Below are positions 1 to 9,716 of a stretch of 49,554 nt of DNA, piece after piece. Location of the stretch: positions 1 through 49,554 of the forward strand of contig CAYMHB010000005.1 of the NCBI GenBank assembly GCA_964390145.1, written 5' to 3'. The position numbers and the translations under genes are program-made. Numbering within the stretch: the first letter of the stretch is position 1; each line of letters begins with the position of its first letter. Below the pieces are notes generated by a model. It did not search any database. It was not told the DNA's origin and saw only the letters and a program-made list of their open reading frames with translations. This DNA comes from an uncultured Oscillospiraceae bacterium (GTDB taxonomy: Bacteria; Bacillota; Clostridia; UMGS1883).

Positions 1-267
1 CTTTTTTTAGTTTTTTTGACGATGGGTTTTTGTTGCCTCAAAAAACCGCGACAACGTTACATATGATACCACTCTTTTTTTTAAAAGTCAATACCAAATT
101 TCAAAAAATTTAAAAAAGTTTTTGAATCTCTGACAATCACATTATTTCCATATTTTCACACAATATTCGTCGCTCGCACGCACACGTATATATAAATGAA
201 GAAAAAGCTTCTTCGTCACGCGGCAGAGGACGATTTCCAACAATATCAACTTTTTTTCAAAAAATTC

Positions 268-295
268 TTGACAGAAACGTTTATTATGTTATAAT
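268..295 (+). promoter_or_regulatory. sigma-A type promoter for rpsU
   Basis: TTGACA (268-273), a 16-nt spacer ending in TG, then TATAAT (290-295). It lies about 55 nt upstream of the rpsU start. Confidence 0.6.
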
Positions 296-350
296 TAGTA
301 TGTTACTTTATGCAGAACTGCTTTTGCAGGCTGCGAGAGGAGGGTATGAA

Positions 351-527
351 ATGTCCGAGATCAGAGTTAAAGATAATGAATCTTTAGATAGCGCCCTGAG
401 GAGATTTAAGCGTTCTTGTGCTAAGGCAGGCGTATTGTCCGAGGTTAGAAAAAGAGAGCATTATGAAAAACCCAGCGTAAAGCGTAAGAAGAAGTCTGAA
501 GCTGCAAGAAAAAGAAAATTTAAGTAA
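351..527 (+). CDS. rpsU: 30S ribosomal protein S21
   Basis: 58-aa basic protein, [28 protein letters not shown]...[21 protein letters not shown] lies upstream of the ATG at 351. The ORF-track start at 300 is an in-frame upstream extension. Confidence 0.93.
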   Translation: MSEIRVKDNESLDSALRRFKRSCAKAGVLSEVRKREHYEKPSVKRKKKSEAARKRKFK

Positions 528-540
528 TTGATTTCGACAA

Positions 541-573
541 ACCCACATACTTTTGTATGTGGGTTATGTTTTT
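541..573 (+). terminator. rho-independent terminator after rpsU
   Basis: ACCCACATAC-TTTT-GTATGTGGGT hairpin followed by TATGTTTTT. Confidence 0.75.
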
Positions 574-644
574 GGCACACAAATAAAGCAGCACCGACCG
601 TTCTGTACTACTTTCTTTGCGTGTCTCATACAGGAGGTATTTGT

Positions 645-1109
645 ATGTATATAAGAAGACTTCTTGACGACGAGTACGAAGATGTAGTAAAATTGATTAC
701 ACAGACGGTGCACACAGTTTGCACTGATGATTATACAAAGGAAGAGCTTGACGCATGGGCTCCCGAAAACTTTGATATCAATAAATTCCGCAACAATATT
801 TACGGTTGTTATAACCTTGTGGCGTTTGAAAAGGGAAAGCTTGCAGGATTTGTAAGTGCTACAGTTGATGGTTACATAAACAGGCTTTATACACACAAGG
901 ATTATTTAAGGCGCGGTATAGCCTCTGCCCTCTACAACAAAGTAGAAGAATGGGCAAAGGAGAGCGGCATACGCGAGCTTGTTCTTGATTCAAGCAAGAC
1001 CGCAGAAGGTTTTTATCTCAAAATGGGATTTACCAAATCGGGCATCAGCGTAATGGAGCATGGAAACATTGTTTTCCGTAATAGTGTAATGAAGAAAAAA
1101 CTCTTTTGA
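645..1109 (+). CDS. GNAT family N-acetyltransferase
   Basis: 154 aa starting [15 protein letters not shown], with a GNAT-like core ([20 protein letters not shown]...GFYLKMGF). AGGAGG at 632-637 precedes the ATG at 645. The ORF-track start at 528 runs through the rpsU terminator. Confidence 0.75.
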   Translation: MYIRRLLDDEYEDVVKLITQTVHTVCTDDYTKEELDAWAPENFDINKFRNNIYGCYNLVAFEKGKLAGFVSATVDGYINRLYTHKDYLRRGIASALYNKVEEWAKESGIRELVLDSSKTAEGFYLKMGFTKSGISVMEHGNIVFRNSVMKKKLF

Positions 1110-1125
1110 GCAAAGGGGTAGAATT

Positions 1126-1797
1126 ATGGTAAAGTTCAGTAATGACTGGGACGCTAAAATCGGTGGCGAATTTAATAAGGAATATTATCTGAAGCTTCGT
1201 ATGTTTCTGAAGGAAGAATATGCTTCGCATACTGTATACCCCGATATGTATGAGCTTTTTTCTGCGCTGAAGGAGACTCCCTTTTCCAAAGTCAAGGTCG
1301 TGATTTTGGGTCAAGACCCGTACCACGAGCCGAATCAGGCGCACGGAATGGCTTTCTCGGTAAAACCGGGGGTGCAGATTCCCCCTTCCCTGCTCAATAT
1401 GTATAAGGAGATAAAGGCAGAGTTCGGGTATGAAATTCCCAAGACAGGTTATCTTATGAAATGGGCACAGCAGGGTGTACTTCTTTTAAACACTGTGCTG
1501 ACCGTAAGAGGTGGCGAGGCTAACAGTCATCACGGCAAGGGTTGGGAGCTTTTTACCGACGAAATTATCCGTCAGCTTAACCTTCGCAAAGAGCCTGTTG
1601 TATTCATGCTGTGGGGCAATAACGCAAGGCGCAAAAAAGAACTTATCACAAACCCCAATCACTATGTTCTGGAGGCGGCGCATCCAAGTCCGCTTTCTGC
1701 ATCACGCGGGTTTATGGGATGCGGTCATTTCAGAAAGGCAAACGAGATTTTAATATCAAATCTTATGTCGCCGATTGACTGGCAAATTACAGAATAA
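1126..1797 (+). CDS. ung: uracil-DNA glycosylase
   Basis: 223 aa with the family-1 UDG motifs GQDPYH and HPSPLS. Confidence 0.93.
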   Translation: MVKFSNDWDAKIGGEFNKEYYLKLRMFLKEEYASHTVYPDMYELFSALKETPFSKVKVVILGQDPYHEPNQAHGMAFSVKPGVQIPPSLLNMYKEIKAEFGYEIPKTGYLMKWAQQGVLLLNTVLTVRGGEANSHHGKGWELFTDEIIRQLNLRKEPVVFMLWGNNARRKKELITNPNHYVLEAAHPSPLSASRGFMGCGHFRKANEILISNLMSPIDWQITE

Positions 1798-1805
1798 TTG
1801 TCACA

Positions 1806-1836
1806 GGATTCCGTCTTTTACGGGGTCCTCTTTTAT
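1806..1836 (+). terminator. rho-independent terminator after ung
   Basis: GGAttCCGT-CTTTT-ACGGggTCC hairpin followed by TCTTTTATT. Confidence 0.6.
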
Positions 1837-1864
1837 TGACTTTTTATTTTCGGAGTGATATAAT
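1836..1864 (+). promoter_or_regulatory. sigma-A type promoter for hydG
   Basis: TTGACT (1836-1841), 17-nt spacer, TATAAT (1859-1864). Confidence 0.6.
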
Positions 1865-1889
1865 TTAATGTTAGAAAGGGATGACAACT

Positions 1890-3329
1890 ATGTATAATCC
1901 AAAATCAATGATTGCGGAGGAATTCATAAGCGATGAAGAAATCCGCGCTACGCTTAAATATGCAGAAGAAAACAAAGATAATATAGAACTTATTGATGCG
2001 ATATTAGATAAGGCAAGGCCGCAGAAAAAGGACAATGGCACTTTCTGTCAGGGTCTTAACCACAGAGAGGCATCCGTGCTTCTTGCGTGTGAAATCCCCG
2101 AGAAAATTCAGGAAATGTACGCACTTGCGGAGGAGATAAAAAAGACATTTTACGGTAACAGAATCGTTATGTTTGCGCCGCTGTACCTTTCAAACTACTG
2201 TGTAAACGGTTGCGTGTACTGTCCGTATCATCATCAGAATAAGCATATTGCAAGAAAGAAGCTTACTCAGGAAGAAATAAAGAAAGAAGTTATTGCTCTT
2301 CAGGATATGGGGCACAAACGCCTTGCAATCGAGTCGGGCGAAGACCCCGTAAATAATCCTATCGAATATATCCTTGAATGTATAAACACAATCTATTCAA
2401 TCAAGCACAAAAACGGCGCTATCCGCAGAGTCAATGTAAATATCGCCGCAACAACGGTTGAAAATTACAAAAAACTCAAGGATGCAGGAATAGGAACATA
2501 TATTCTTTTCCAGGAGACATATCATAAAGAAAGTTACGAGAAACTCCATCCGACAGGTCCCAAGCACAATTACGCATACCATACCGAAGCGATGGACAGA
2601 GCTATGCAGGGCGGAATTGATGACGTCGGACTTGGCGTACTGTTCGGTCTTGAACTTTACAAGTACGAGTTTGCAGGACTTCTGATGCATGCAGAACATC
2701 TTGAGGCGGTGCACGGAGTCGGTCCGCACACAATAAGCGTGCCGAGAATCAAGCGTGCCGATGACATTGACCCCGATGTATTTGACAACGGAATTGATGA
2801 TGAGACATTCGCGAAGATTTGCGCGCTTATAAGAATCTCTACCCCATATACGGGAATGATTATTTCTACCCGTGAAAGTCAGGCGGTAAGAGAAAAGGTG
2901 TTGAGACTTGGCGTATCGCAGATAAGCGGTGCATCAAGAACATCAGTCGGCGGTTATGCTGAGGAAGAGCGTCCTCATGACAGCGAGCAGTTTGACGTTT
3001 CCGACACAAGAACACTTGACGAGGTTGTATGTTGGCTGATGGAACTTGGGTTTATTCCTTCGTTCTGTACCGCGTGTTACCGCAAAGGCAGAACGGGTGA
3101 CAGATTTATGTCGCTGTGCAAGTCGGGACAGATTCAGAACTGTTGTCATCCGAACGCGCTGATGACTCTTAAAGAGTTTTTGATGGACTACGCATCTGAA
3201 GATACGAAGAAGATTGGTGAAGCTCTTATTCAGGCAGAGCTTGAAAATATCCCCAAGGAAAAGGTTAAAGAGGTTTGCAAAGCAAATCTTGAAAACATCA
3301 AAAACGGAATAAGGGATTTCAGATTTTAA
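1890..3329 (+). CDS. hydG: [FeFe]-hydrogenase maturase HydG (radical SAM tyrosine lyase)
   Basis: Radical-SAM motif CVNGCVYCPY plus the HydG-specific C-terminal Cys cluster (FCTACYRKGRTGDRFMSLCKSGQIQNCCHP). About 480 aa, which is longer than ThiH. The ATG at 1890 has better spacing from GAAAGGG than the ATG at 1881. Confidence 0.85.
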   Translation: MYNPKSMIAEEFISDEEIRATLKYAEENKDNIELIDAILDKARPQKKDNGTFCQGLNHREASVLLACEIPEKIQEMYALAEEIKKTFYGNRIVMFAPLYLSNYCVNGCVYCPYHHQNKHIARKKLTQEEIKKEVIALQDMGHKRLAIESGEDPVNNPIEYILECINTIYSIKHKNGAIRRVNVNIAATTVENYKKLKDAGIGTYILFQETYHKESYEKLHPTGPKHNYAYHTEAMDRAMQGGIDDVGLGVLFGLELYKYEFAGLLMHAEHLEAVHGVGPHTISVPRIKRADDIDPDVFDNGIDDETFAKICALIRISTPYTGMIISTRESQAVREKVLRLGVSQISGASRTSVGGYAEEERPHDSEQFDVSDTRTLDEVVCWLMELGFIPSFCTACYRKGRTGDRFMSLCKSGQIQNCCHPNALMTLKEFLMDYASEDTKKIGEALIQAELENIPKEKVKEVCKANLENIKNGIRDFRF

Positions 3330-3334
3330 GAAGC

Positions 3335-3372
3335 AAAAAACGGAGTGTGAATTTAATTCACACTCCGTTTTA
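3335..3372. terminator. bidirectional terminator between hydG and putP
   Basis: AACGGAGTGTGAATT-TA-AATTCACACTCCGTT, with an A-run on the left and a T-run on the right. Confidence 0.85.
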
Positions 3373-3383
3373 ATATGTCTTAA

Positions 3384-4988
3384 TTACTGTGCGCGAACTG
3401 CTTCAAAATCCTCTTCGATTTCTTTAGAGGGTGCTTTTGTAAGCAAGGACACTACAACGATAAATACAGATGAAACGATAAATGCGGGAAGAAGCTCGTA
3501 GATAGCGAAAACGCCACCGAGTTTGCTGATGCAAAGCTTCCAGATGAATACCATTGCACCACCGCTTACCATACCTGCGATAGCACCTGCGCGGTTTGTT
3601 CTCTTCCAGAAAAGTGAGAAGAGCATCAGAGGTCCGAATGTTGCACCAAATCCTGCCCATGCAAATGAAACAATTTTGAAGATAACGCTGTTTTCGTTAA
3701 GAGCGATAACGATTGCGATAGCAGCGATAACAAGAAGGGTTATTCTTGTCATAAGCATTACCTGCTTGTCAGTTGCCTTTTTATTGCATACGCCCTGATA
3801 TATATTCTTCGCAAATGCGGAAGCTGCAATCAGAAGGTATGAGTCAGATGAACTGATTGTAGCGGCAAGGATACCTGCCATTACAAAACCTGCCAGAAGT
3901 GCAGGAAGAGAGCTTGTAGCCAAAGTAATGAAGATGTTTTCTGCAGAAGCTGCTGTAAGATGTATAGTGGGGTAAAGCTGTCTTCCGAGAATACCGATAA
4001 ATACTGCTACGCCAAGTGAGATAATAACCCAGATCATAGCAATTCTTCTTGACATCTTGAGTTCTTCTTCCTTACGGATTGCCATAAATCTCAAAAGAAC
4101 CTGAGGCATACCGAAGTAGCCAAGTCCCCAAGCGAGCATCGAGCATACGCTGAGCCAACCGTAGGGAACGGCATCTCCGAATGAAGGCTTGTTGTTTACA
4201 ACAGCCTGCACTCCAAGAGTTGCATTTTCTTTAAGCGCCTCAGCAGTAACTTTGGAAATTTCTCCGCCTGTGGAATTAAGCGGACTGGCAAGTCCGAAAA
4301 ATTCCAGGAAACCGGGGATTTCGCGTGAGTTTTCAATAATTTTTGCAAGTCCGCCTGCCTCGATTGTACCTACTGTTACAATAACAACAAGCGCAACTAT
4401 CATAACGATACCCTGCATAAAGTCAGATGCACTTTCTGCCAAAAAACCACCGAGGATAGTGTAAATAAGCACGAAAGCGGCACCTATAAGCATCATGGGA
4501 ATATAGGGTGCACCAAAGAGTGTGGAGAAAAGTTTTCCGCAAGTTACAAAACAGCTTGATGCATAAACCGTAAAGAATATAAGAATAAATAGCGCAGAAA
4601 TTGTGAGCAGAACCTTCTTTTCTTCACGGAATCTGTTAGAGAAAAATTCCGGAAGAGTAATGGAATTGTTTGCTCTGATACTGTATCTGCGAAGTCTCTT
4701 TGAAATCAAGAGCCAGTTAAGATATGTACCAACTGCAAGACCGATTGCTGTCCATGCAGCATCTGCAAGGCCACACCAGTAAGCAACACCGGGAAGCCCC
4801 ATAAGGAGCCAGCCACTCATATCAGAAGCCTCGGCACTCATAGCTGTTACCCATGGACCGAGAGAGCGTCCGCCAAGATAGTAGTTTTCGGAGCTTGTAT
4901 TAGCTTTTTTCGCATAAACAATACCGATAACGATTACAATCGCCATATAGATTACCATAGCAATAAAAATTTGTATTGTATCACTCAT
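3384..4988 (-). CDS. putP: sodium:proline symporter (SSF family)
   Basis: Polytopic membrane protein with the PutP-type N-terminal signature YYLGGRSLGPWVTAMSAEASDMSGWLLMGLPG. ATG at 4988 is preceded by GGAGGGA. Confidence 0.8.
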   Translation of the reverse strand: MSDTIQIFIAMVIYMAIVIVIGIVYAKKANTSSENYYLGGRSLGPWVTAMSAEASDMSGWLLMGLPGVAYWCGLADAAWTAIGLAVGTYLNWLLISKRLRRYSIRANNSITLPEFFSNRFREEKKVLLTISALFILIFFTVYASSCFVTCGKLFSTLFGAPYIPMMLIGAAFVLIYTILGGFLAESASDFMQGIVMIVALVVIVTVGTIEAGGLAKIIENSREIPGFLEFFGLASPLNSTGGEISKVTAEALKENATLGVQAVVNNKPSFGDAVPYGWLSVCSMLAWGLGYFGMPQVLLRFMAIRKEEELKMSRRIAMIWVIISLGVAVFIGILGRQLYPTIHLTAASAENIFITLATSSLPALLAGFVMAGILAATISSSDSYLLIAASAFAKNIYQGVCNKKATDKQVMLMTRITLLVIAAIAIVIALNENSVIFKIVSFAWAGFGATFGPLMLFSLFWKRTNRAGAIAGMVSGGAMVFIWKLCISKLGGVFAIYELLPAFIVSSVFIVVVSLLTKAPSKEIEEDFEAVRAQ

Positions 4989-5050
4989 AATAATCCCTCC
5001 TGAAAAAATTTGTTTCCATTTTACCACATAAAGGAAGTTTTTTCAAGTTT

Positions 5051-6307
5051 TTATTTGTTCATATACTCCATAAAATCCTTATAGAGATAGAGTGAGCCGC
5101 AAATAAGTACAATATCCCCTTCTTTTATGGCAATTTCATACGCTGTGCCGATGTTATTGCAAGGGGTTGCGTCAAAGCCGAATGAACTGAATTTTTCAGC
5201 AAGTTTTTGTGCCGTTTGTGAACGGGGATTGTCTTTTACCGAAGTTGCAAAGATTTTTGCTTTTTCGCAAAAGCCGTTTTCCTTTAAAAGATTAAGCGAT
5301 GCGTCAATATCCTTGTCCGCCATTGCGGCGTAGATAATGGAAAACTTTTCATCGGAAAAATAGCGGTCAAGCGCATCAATAAGTGCGGTTGTACCGTTCA
5401 CATTATGTGCGCCGTCAAATATAACGAGCGGGGTTTCGGAAAGTTTTTCAAAGCGACCGATGTTACGGGCTTTTTCAAGGCCTGTACGGATATGCTTTTC
5501 GTCAATACCCATCTCAAGTGCCGCTGTGACTGCAAGTGATGCGTTTTCCGTTTGGTGCATACCCGCAAGGTTTATTTTAAGGTTATGTAATTTGTCAAGG
5601 TCAAAAACCTCGCTCATACCATCGTGTGAGTGGTTTTGGGTTGAAGGCACAACAATAAAGTCTGCTTTCCTTTCGTCTGCGATTGCATAAAGGACATCGA
5701 GCGCACATCTGGGCTGATTGGGAGTTGTGATGACGCTGCTTCCCTTTTTAATTATTCCGCCTTTCTCTGCGGCAATTTTTTCTATTGTGCCGCCGAGGTA
5801 TTCAATGTGGTCGATATCAATTTTTGTAATGATGCACATTTCGGGGGCACTGATAATATTTGTCGCATCAAGTCTGCCGCCGAGACCTGTTTCAAGGACT
5901 ACAATATCGCAGTTTTCTTTTTCAAAATACAAAAATGCCGCTGCCGTCCATATTTCAAACTGCGTCGGCATCGCGCCGAGTTCACGCTCCACTTCACGCG
6001 CGGCTTTTTCAACTTTTTCCAAAAGTTCATCCATTTCGGCGGAGGATATATTCTTTCCGTCGATGCTTATTCTCTCGCAGACATCTATCATATTGGGAGA
6101 AATATATTTTCCTGTTTTAAGTCCGCTGTCGGTCAAGATGCACTGCAAAAAGGCACAGGTCGAACCCTTGCCGTTTGTACCTGCAACATGAATGAAACGG
6201 AGATTTTCCTGCGGATTATGAAATTTTTCGCAAAGAGCACCAACAGACTCGAGCCCGAGACGGCTTTTTGCCTGAAAGCTGTTTGCATAAGTTTTAAAAT
6301 CGCTCAT
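5051..6307 (-). CDS. folC: bifunctional folylpolyglutamate synthase / dihydrofolate synthase
   Basis: 418 aa of the Mur-ligase fold with P-loop HVAGTNGKGST. Its ATG overlaps the folT stop codon (ATGA). Confidence 0.9.
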   Translation of the reverse strand: MSDFKTYANSFQAKSRLGLESVGALCEKFHNPQENLRFIHVAGTNGKGSTCAFLQCILTDSGLKTGKYISPNMIDVCERISIDGKNISSAEMDELLEKVEKAAREVERELGAMPTQFEIWTAAAFLYFEKENCDIVVLETGLGGRLDATNIISAPEMCIITKIDIDHIEYLGGTIEKIAAEKGGIIKKGSSVITTPNQPRCALDVLYAIADERKADFIVVPSTQNHSHDGMSEVFDLDKLHNLKINLAGMHQTENASLAVTAALEMGIDEKHIRTGLEKARNIGRFEKLSETPLVIFDGAHNVNGTTALIDALDRYFSDEKFSIIYAAMADKDIDASLNLLKENGFCEKAKIFATSVKDNPRSQTAQKLAEKFSSFGFDATPCNNIGTAYEIAIKEGDIVLICGSLYLYKDFMEYMNK

Positions 6308-6831
6308 CTTCCGTTCTCCTTCGAAATAAAATCTTTAAGTTGAAACACAAGTCTTTTTCCTGCGCACATTACTGTTGTGTGAAGCACGAAGAGTATGACC
6401 ATCTGGGGAATTCTCATCCATACGGCATTTTGGAAACCTGCGTAAATACCCATATGTGCAAGTATATTCGACATAATGAAAAACGCAATCAGAAATTGCA
6501 AAGTTGAACATATTACGACACGCAGATAGTATTTTTTATTATCCTTTACTTTATAAAAACAGATACCAAAAACGAATCCGCACAAAAACTCCACGGCGGT
6601 AATCATAGGATTTATACCCATTTTTGAAGCCTCTATCAAATCGGCAGCTGCCGCAACACTACCTGCCGAAAACGGACCGTAAAGAACACCTGTTATAAAT
6701 ACTGTGATGAATTTCATCGGTATTTTTATGAGATTGCCCACTCTGAAGGTAGCAATAAGCCCTAAAATAATGGTTATTGCTGCAAGCAATCCCAATGTGC
6801 AAATCTTTTTTGTGGAAATTTTTCTTTTCAT
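6304..6831 (-). CDS. folT: ECF transporter S component, folate family
   Basis: 175-aa membrane protein with about 5-6 TM segments, starting MKRKISTKKICTLGLLAAITIILG. It is translationally coupled to folC and preceded by a THF riboswitch. The ORF-track start at 6984 lies inside the riboswitch. Confidence 0.8.
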   Translation of the reverse strand: MKRKISTKKICTLGLLAAITIILGLIATFRVGNLIKIPMKFITVFITGVLYGPFSAGSVAAAADLIEASKMGINPMITAVEFLCGFVFGICFYKVKDNKKYYLRVVICSTLQFLIAFFIMSNILAHMGIYAGFQNAVWMRIPQMVILFVLHTTVMCAGKRLVFQLKDFISKENGR

Positions 6832-7191
6832 AAATAAATACGACCTTTCTGCAGGTCGCTGCAGAAAGGTCATTTGCATGGCTTTAGTGCAGCAACGGAA
6901 TGCGAAACTGTTATCGCAAAAAAGTGAAGGAAATTGATGCAGAACGGACGAACTGAGCCGAAGATGTATATAGAGATACTTCAAGGCGAAGTTCGCTCGT
7001 AACGCAAAGCACCATTCATAAAAATTCGTATTAACGAATTTTTTCAGATGAAATGTCTCTTTCTCTTTGTTTTCCCTTAGAAATAATGTTTTTTGCTTTG
7101 CGTGTTCTGCGCGATTTAATTCACTTTTTTTTCGTCAAATGGGCAACTTCCCGTCCCATTCACACTTAACGCAACAATTTCTACTTTGCTG
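6832..7191 (-). promoter_or_regulatory. THF (tetrahydrofolate) riboswitch with a large P4 insertion plus terminator expression platform
   Basis: The 5' half at 7133-7191 reads CAGCAA-AGUAG-AAAUUGUU-GCGUUAAG-UGAAUGGG(loop)CCCAUUUG-ACGAA. The 3' half at 6890-6917 reads GCGAU-AACAGUUU-CGCAUUCCG-UUGCUG. P1 and P2 are perfectly complementary across the gap. The terminator hairpin is at 6842-6871, followed by a U-rich tract. See the first finding. Confidence 0.7.
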
Positions 7192-7192
7192 A

Positions 7193-9649
7193 TTACTTAT
7201 ATTTCTTTAAGTTCCAAATCTTGTCGTTATATTCGCTGATTGTTCTGTCACTTGAGAAGAATCCGCTCATAGCGACATTTGTAATTGCCTTTTTAAGCCA
7301 CAAATCTTCGTCACGATATTCCTTGTCGGCGATGCGATGAATTTCGCAATATGCCTCAAAGTCACGGATAACCATATAGATATCGGCTCTGCCGTGGTCA
7401 CCGAAGAGAAGTGTCTGATAAAGGTCCTGATACTTGCCCGTATCCTCGGGACAGATTGTTCCGTCGATAAGCATATCAAGAACGCGTCTTACCTCGGCAT
7501 TGGTTGTGTAGATGTTCTGACTTGAATTTTCGTTAAACTGAAGTTCACGGTTAACTTCGGGAGTTTTCATACCGAAGATGAAGATGTTTTCGTCGCCTAC
7601 ACATTCGCGCATTTCAACGTTTGCACCGTCGAGTGTGCCGATGGTAAGAGCACCGTTTGCCATAAACTTCATATTACCTGTACCGCTTGCCTCTTTACCA
7701 GCAGTTGAAATCTGTTCGCTGATTTCTGCAGCGGGGATAATCTTCTGCGCAAGGCTTACGCCATAGTTTTCGATAAACACAACCTTGAGTTTAGAGTTAA
7801 CGTCGGGGTCGTTATTTATCATCTTGGCAACATCGTTTATAAGTTTGATGATAAGTTTCGCACGCGCATATCCGGGCGATGCCTTCGCACCGAAAATAAA
7901 GGTGTGCGGATGCATATCAAAGTTTTTGTCGTTTTTAAGTTTGTCGTAAAGGTAGAGAATATGAAGAATATTAAGGAGCTGACGCTTATACTCGTGAAGT
8001 CTCTTTACCTGAACGTCAAAGATGCTGTTAGGATCAACATCAATACCGTTATGCTCCTTGATATATTCTGCAAGTGCCTGCTTCTTCTTGAGTTTAACCG
8101 CCTTGAATTCCTGCTGAAATTCCTTGTCGTCTGCAAAGGGAAGAAGTTTTTCAAGCCCAGATACATCCTTTACCCAACCCTTGCCTATTTTCGAAGTGAT
8201 AAGGGCGCTGAGTTCGGGATTTGCAAGACGAAGCCATCTGCGGTAAGTGATGCCGTTTGTAATTGAAACGAACTTCTCGGGAGCAAGGTTATTGTAATCG
8301 CGGAATACATCGTTTCTTAAAATATCGGTATGAAGTCCTGATACGCCGTTAACCTTGTGACAGGTTGCAAGGCACATATTTGCCATATTGATATAGTTAT
8401 GTGCGATGATTGACATATAGTTGATTTTGCCCCAGTCGTCGCCGTAAAGGTTCTGAAGTTCGCAAACGAGACGGCGGTTCATTTCGTCAACAATCATATA
8501 GATTCTGGGAAGAAGACGCTGGAACATATCCATAGGCCATTTTTCAAGCGCTTCCGCCATAATTGTATGGTTTGTGTATGCGAAAACTCTGCATACGATA
8601 TTCCATGCCTGATCCCAACCCATACCCTCTTCATCCATAAGGATACGCATAAGTTCGGGGATTGCGATTGCAGGATGTGTATCGTTGATGTGAACTGCAA
8701 TATATTCGGGGAGTTTGTCAAGATCCATACCCTTGTGATGACGCTTGAATCTTGAAATAATCCACTGCATTGTACATGATACGAAGAAGTACTGCTGACG
8801 CAGACGAAGTGCCTTACCCTCCTGATGATTATCCTCGGGATAAAGAACTTTACTTAAAACTTCTGCAAGCGCCTTCTCCTCTACTGCCTGAAGGTAGTCA
8901 CCGCCCGAGAAGCTTGACATATCAAGGTCACGCTCAGCACGTGCTGACCAGAGGCGAAGTGTGTTTACAATTTTTGCATCGTATCCGACAATCGGAACAT
9001 CGTAGGGGATACCCACAACATTTGTGGTGTCGATATAATTTACGCGGAGCCCGTTTTCGGTCATTTCGGTTTCAACCTTACCGCCGAAGCGAACTGTAAC
9101 CTTTTCTTCAGGACGGGGGATTTCCCAAACATTGCCGTCGTGGAGCCAGTTATCGGGAGTTTCAACCTGCTCGCCATCTACGATGAGTTGCTTGAAAAGG
9201 CCGTATTCGTAGCGGATTGAACAACCGAATGAGGGAAGTTCAAGTGTCGCAAGCGAGTCAAGGAAACAAGCGGCAAGTCTGCCTAAGCCCCCGTTACCAA
9301 GACCTGCATCGCTTTCCTGAGATGCGATTTCTTCAAGGGAGCAACCCATTGACTGGAGCACCTTTTCGTAATCGTTTGTAAGACCGATGTTAAGAAGGTT
9401 ATTGCCGAGAGAGCGTCCCATAAGGAATTCAAAAGAAAGATAGAAAAGCTCCTTCTTCTGCGCTGTTCTCTGCTGACGGCGGTATGCCGTCCATCTTTCC
9501 ATAATTTTGTCACGCACGGTAAGAGCCGCTGCCTTGTAGATATGCGCCTTTGTAGCATCCTCAAGCGTTCTTCCGTAATGACGGTTAAGTTTGCCTAAGA
9601 TTTCTTCTTTTATCTGTTCCTGTTTAGCGGTAAGTTTCTTTGTTGCCAA
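7193..9649 (-). CDS. glgP: glycogen/maltodextrin phosphorylase
   Basis: About 818 aa of the GT35 family with the PLP-lysine motif EASGTGNMKF. There is no ATG near the 5' end. The TTG at 9649 lies 9 nt after AAAGGAG; the TTG at 9658 abuts the SD and is unlikely. Confidence 0.9.
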   Translation of the reverse strand: MATKKLTAKQEQIKEEILGKLNRHYGRTLEDATKAHIYKAAALTVRDKIMERWTAYRRQQRTAQKKELFYLSFEFLMGRSLGNNLLNIGLTNDYEKVLQSMGCSLEEIASQESDAGLGNGGLGRLAACFLDSLATLELPSFGCSIRYEYGLFKQLIVDGEQVETPDNWLHDGNVWEIPRPEEKVTVRFGGKVETEMTENGLRVNYIDTTNVVGIPYDVPIVGYDAKIVNTLRLWSARAERDLDMSSFSGGDYLQAVEEKALAEVLSKVLYPEDNHQEGKALRLRQQYFFVSCTMQWIISRFKRHHKGMDLDKLPEYIAVHINDTHPAIAIPELMRILMDEEGMGWDQAWNIVCRVFAYTNHTIMAEALEKWPMDMFQRLLPRIYMIVDEMNRRLVCELQNLYGDDWGKINYMSIIAHNYINMANMCLATCHKVNGVSGLHTDILRNDVFRDYNNLAPEKFVSITNGITYRRWLRLANPELSALITSKIGKGWVKDVSGLEKLLPFADDKEFQQEFKAVKLKKKQALAEYIKEHNGIDVDPNSIFDVQVKRLHEYKRQLLNILHILYLYDKLKNDKNFDMHPHTFIFGAKASPGYARAKLIIKLINDVAKMINNDPDVNSKLKVVFIENYGVSLAQKIIPAAEISEQISTAGKEASGTGNMKFMANGALTIGTLDGANVEMRECVGDENIFIFGMKTPEVNRELQFNENSSQNIYTTNAEVRRVLDMLIDGTICPEDTGKYQDLYQTLLFGDHGRADIYMVIRDFEAYCEIHRIADKEYRDEDLWLKKAITNVAMSGFFSSDRTISEYNDKIWNLKKYK

Positions 9650-9671
9650 TATATACAACTCCTTTAATAGA

Positions 9672-9716
9672 TTAAAAGCAAATCGGGTATGAGGTTAGTT
9701 TAACCTCATACCCGAT
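9672..9716 (-). terminator. strong intercistronic hairpin (partial terminator or stabiliser) between glgA and glgP
   Basis: 16-bp perfect stem ATCGGGTATGAGGTTA-GTT-TAACCTCATACCCGAT. On the minus strand it is followed by TTGCTTTT. Confidence 0.5.

Noticed and set aside
300-350. The ORF track gives upstream-extended starts for rpsU (300), the GNAT gene (528), folT (6984), gpr (21803), ireB (22438), hisD (33113), ymdB (42974), secA (45367) and dpaB (38947).
   Set aside because: In each case a downstream ATG has a canonical SD at 5-10 nt and gives the N-terminus typical of the family. The extension crosses a terminator, a riboswitch or the preceding gene.
1890-3329. hydG is isolated, without hydE, hydF or a hydrogenase gene nearby.
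   Set aside because: Scattered hyd maturase genes are common in Clostridia. Nothing in the sequence suggests a pseudogene or an unusual fusion.
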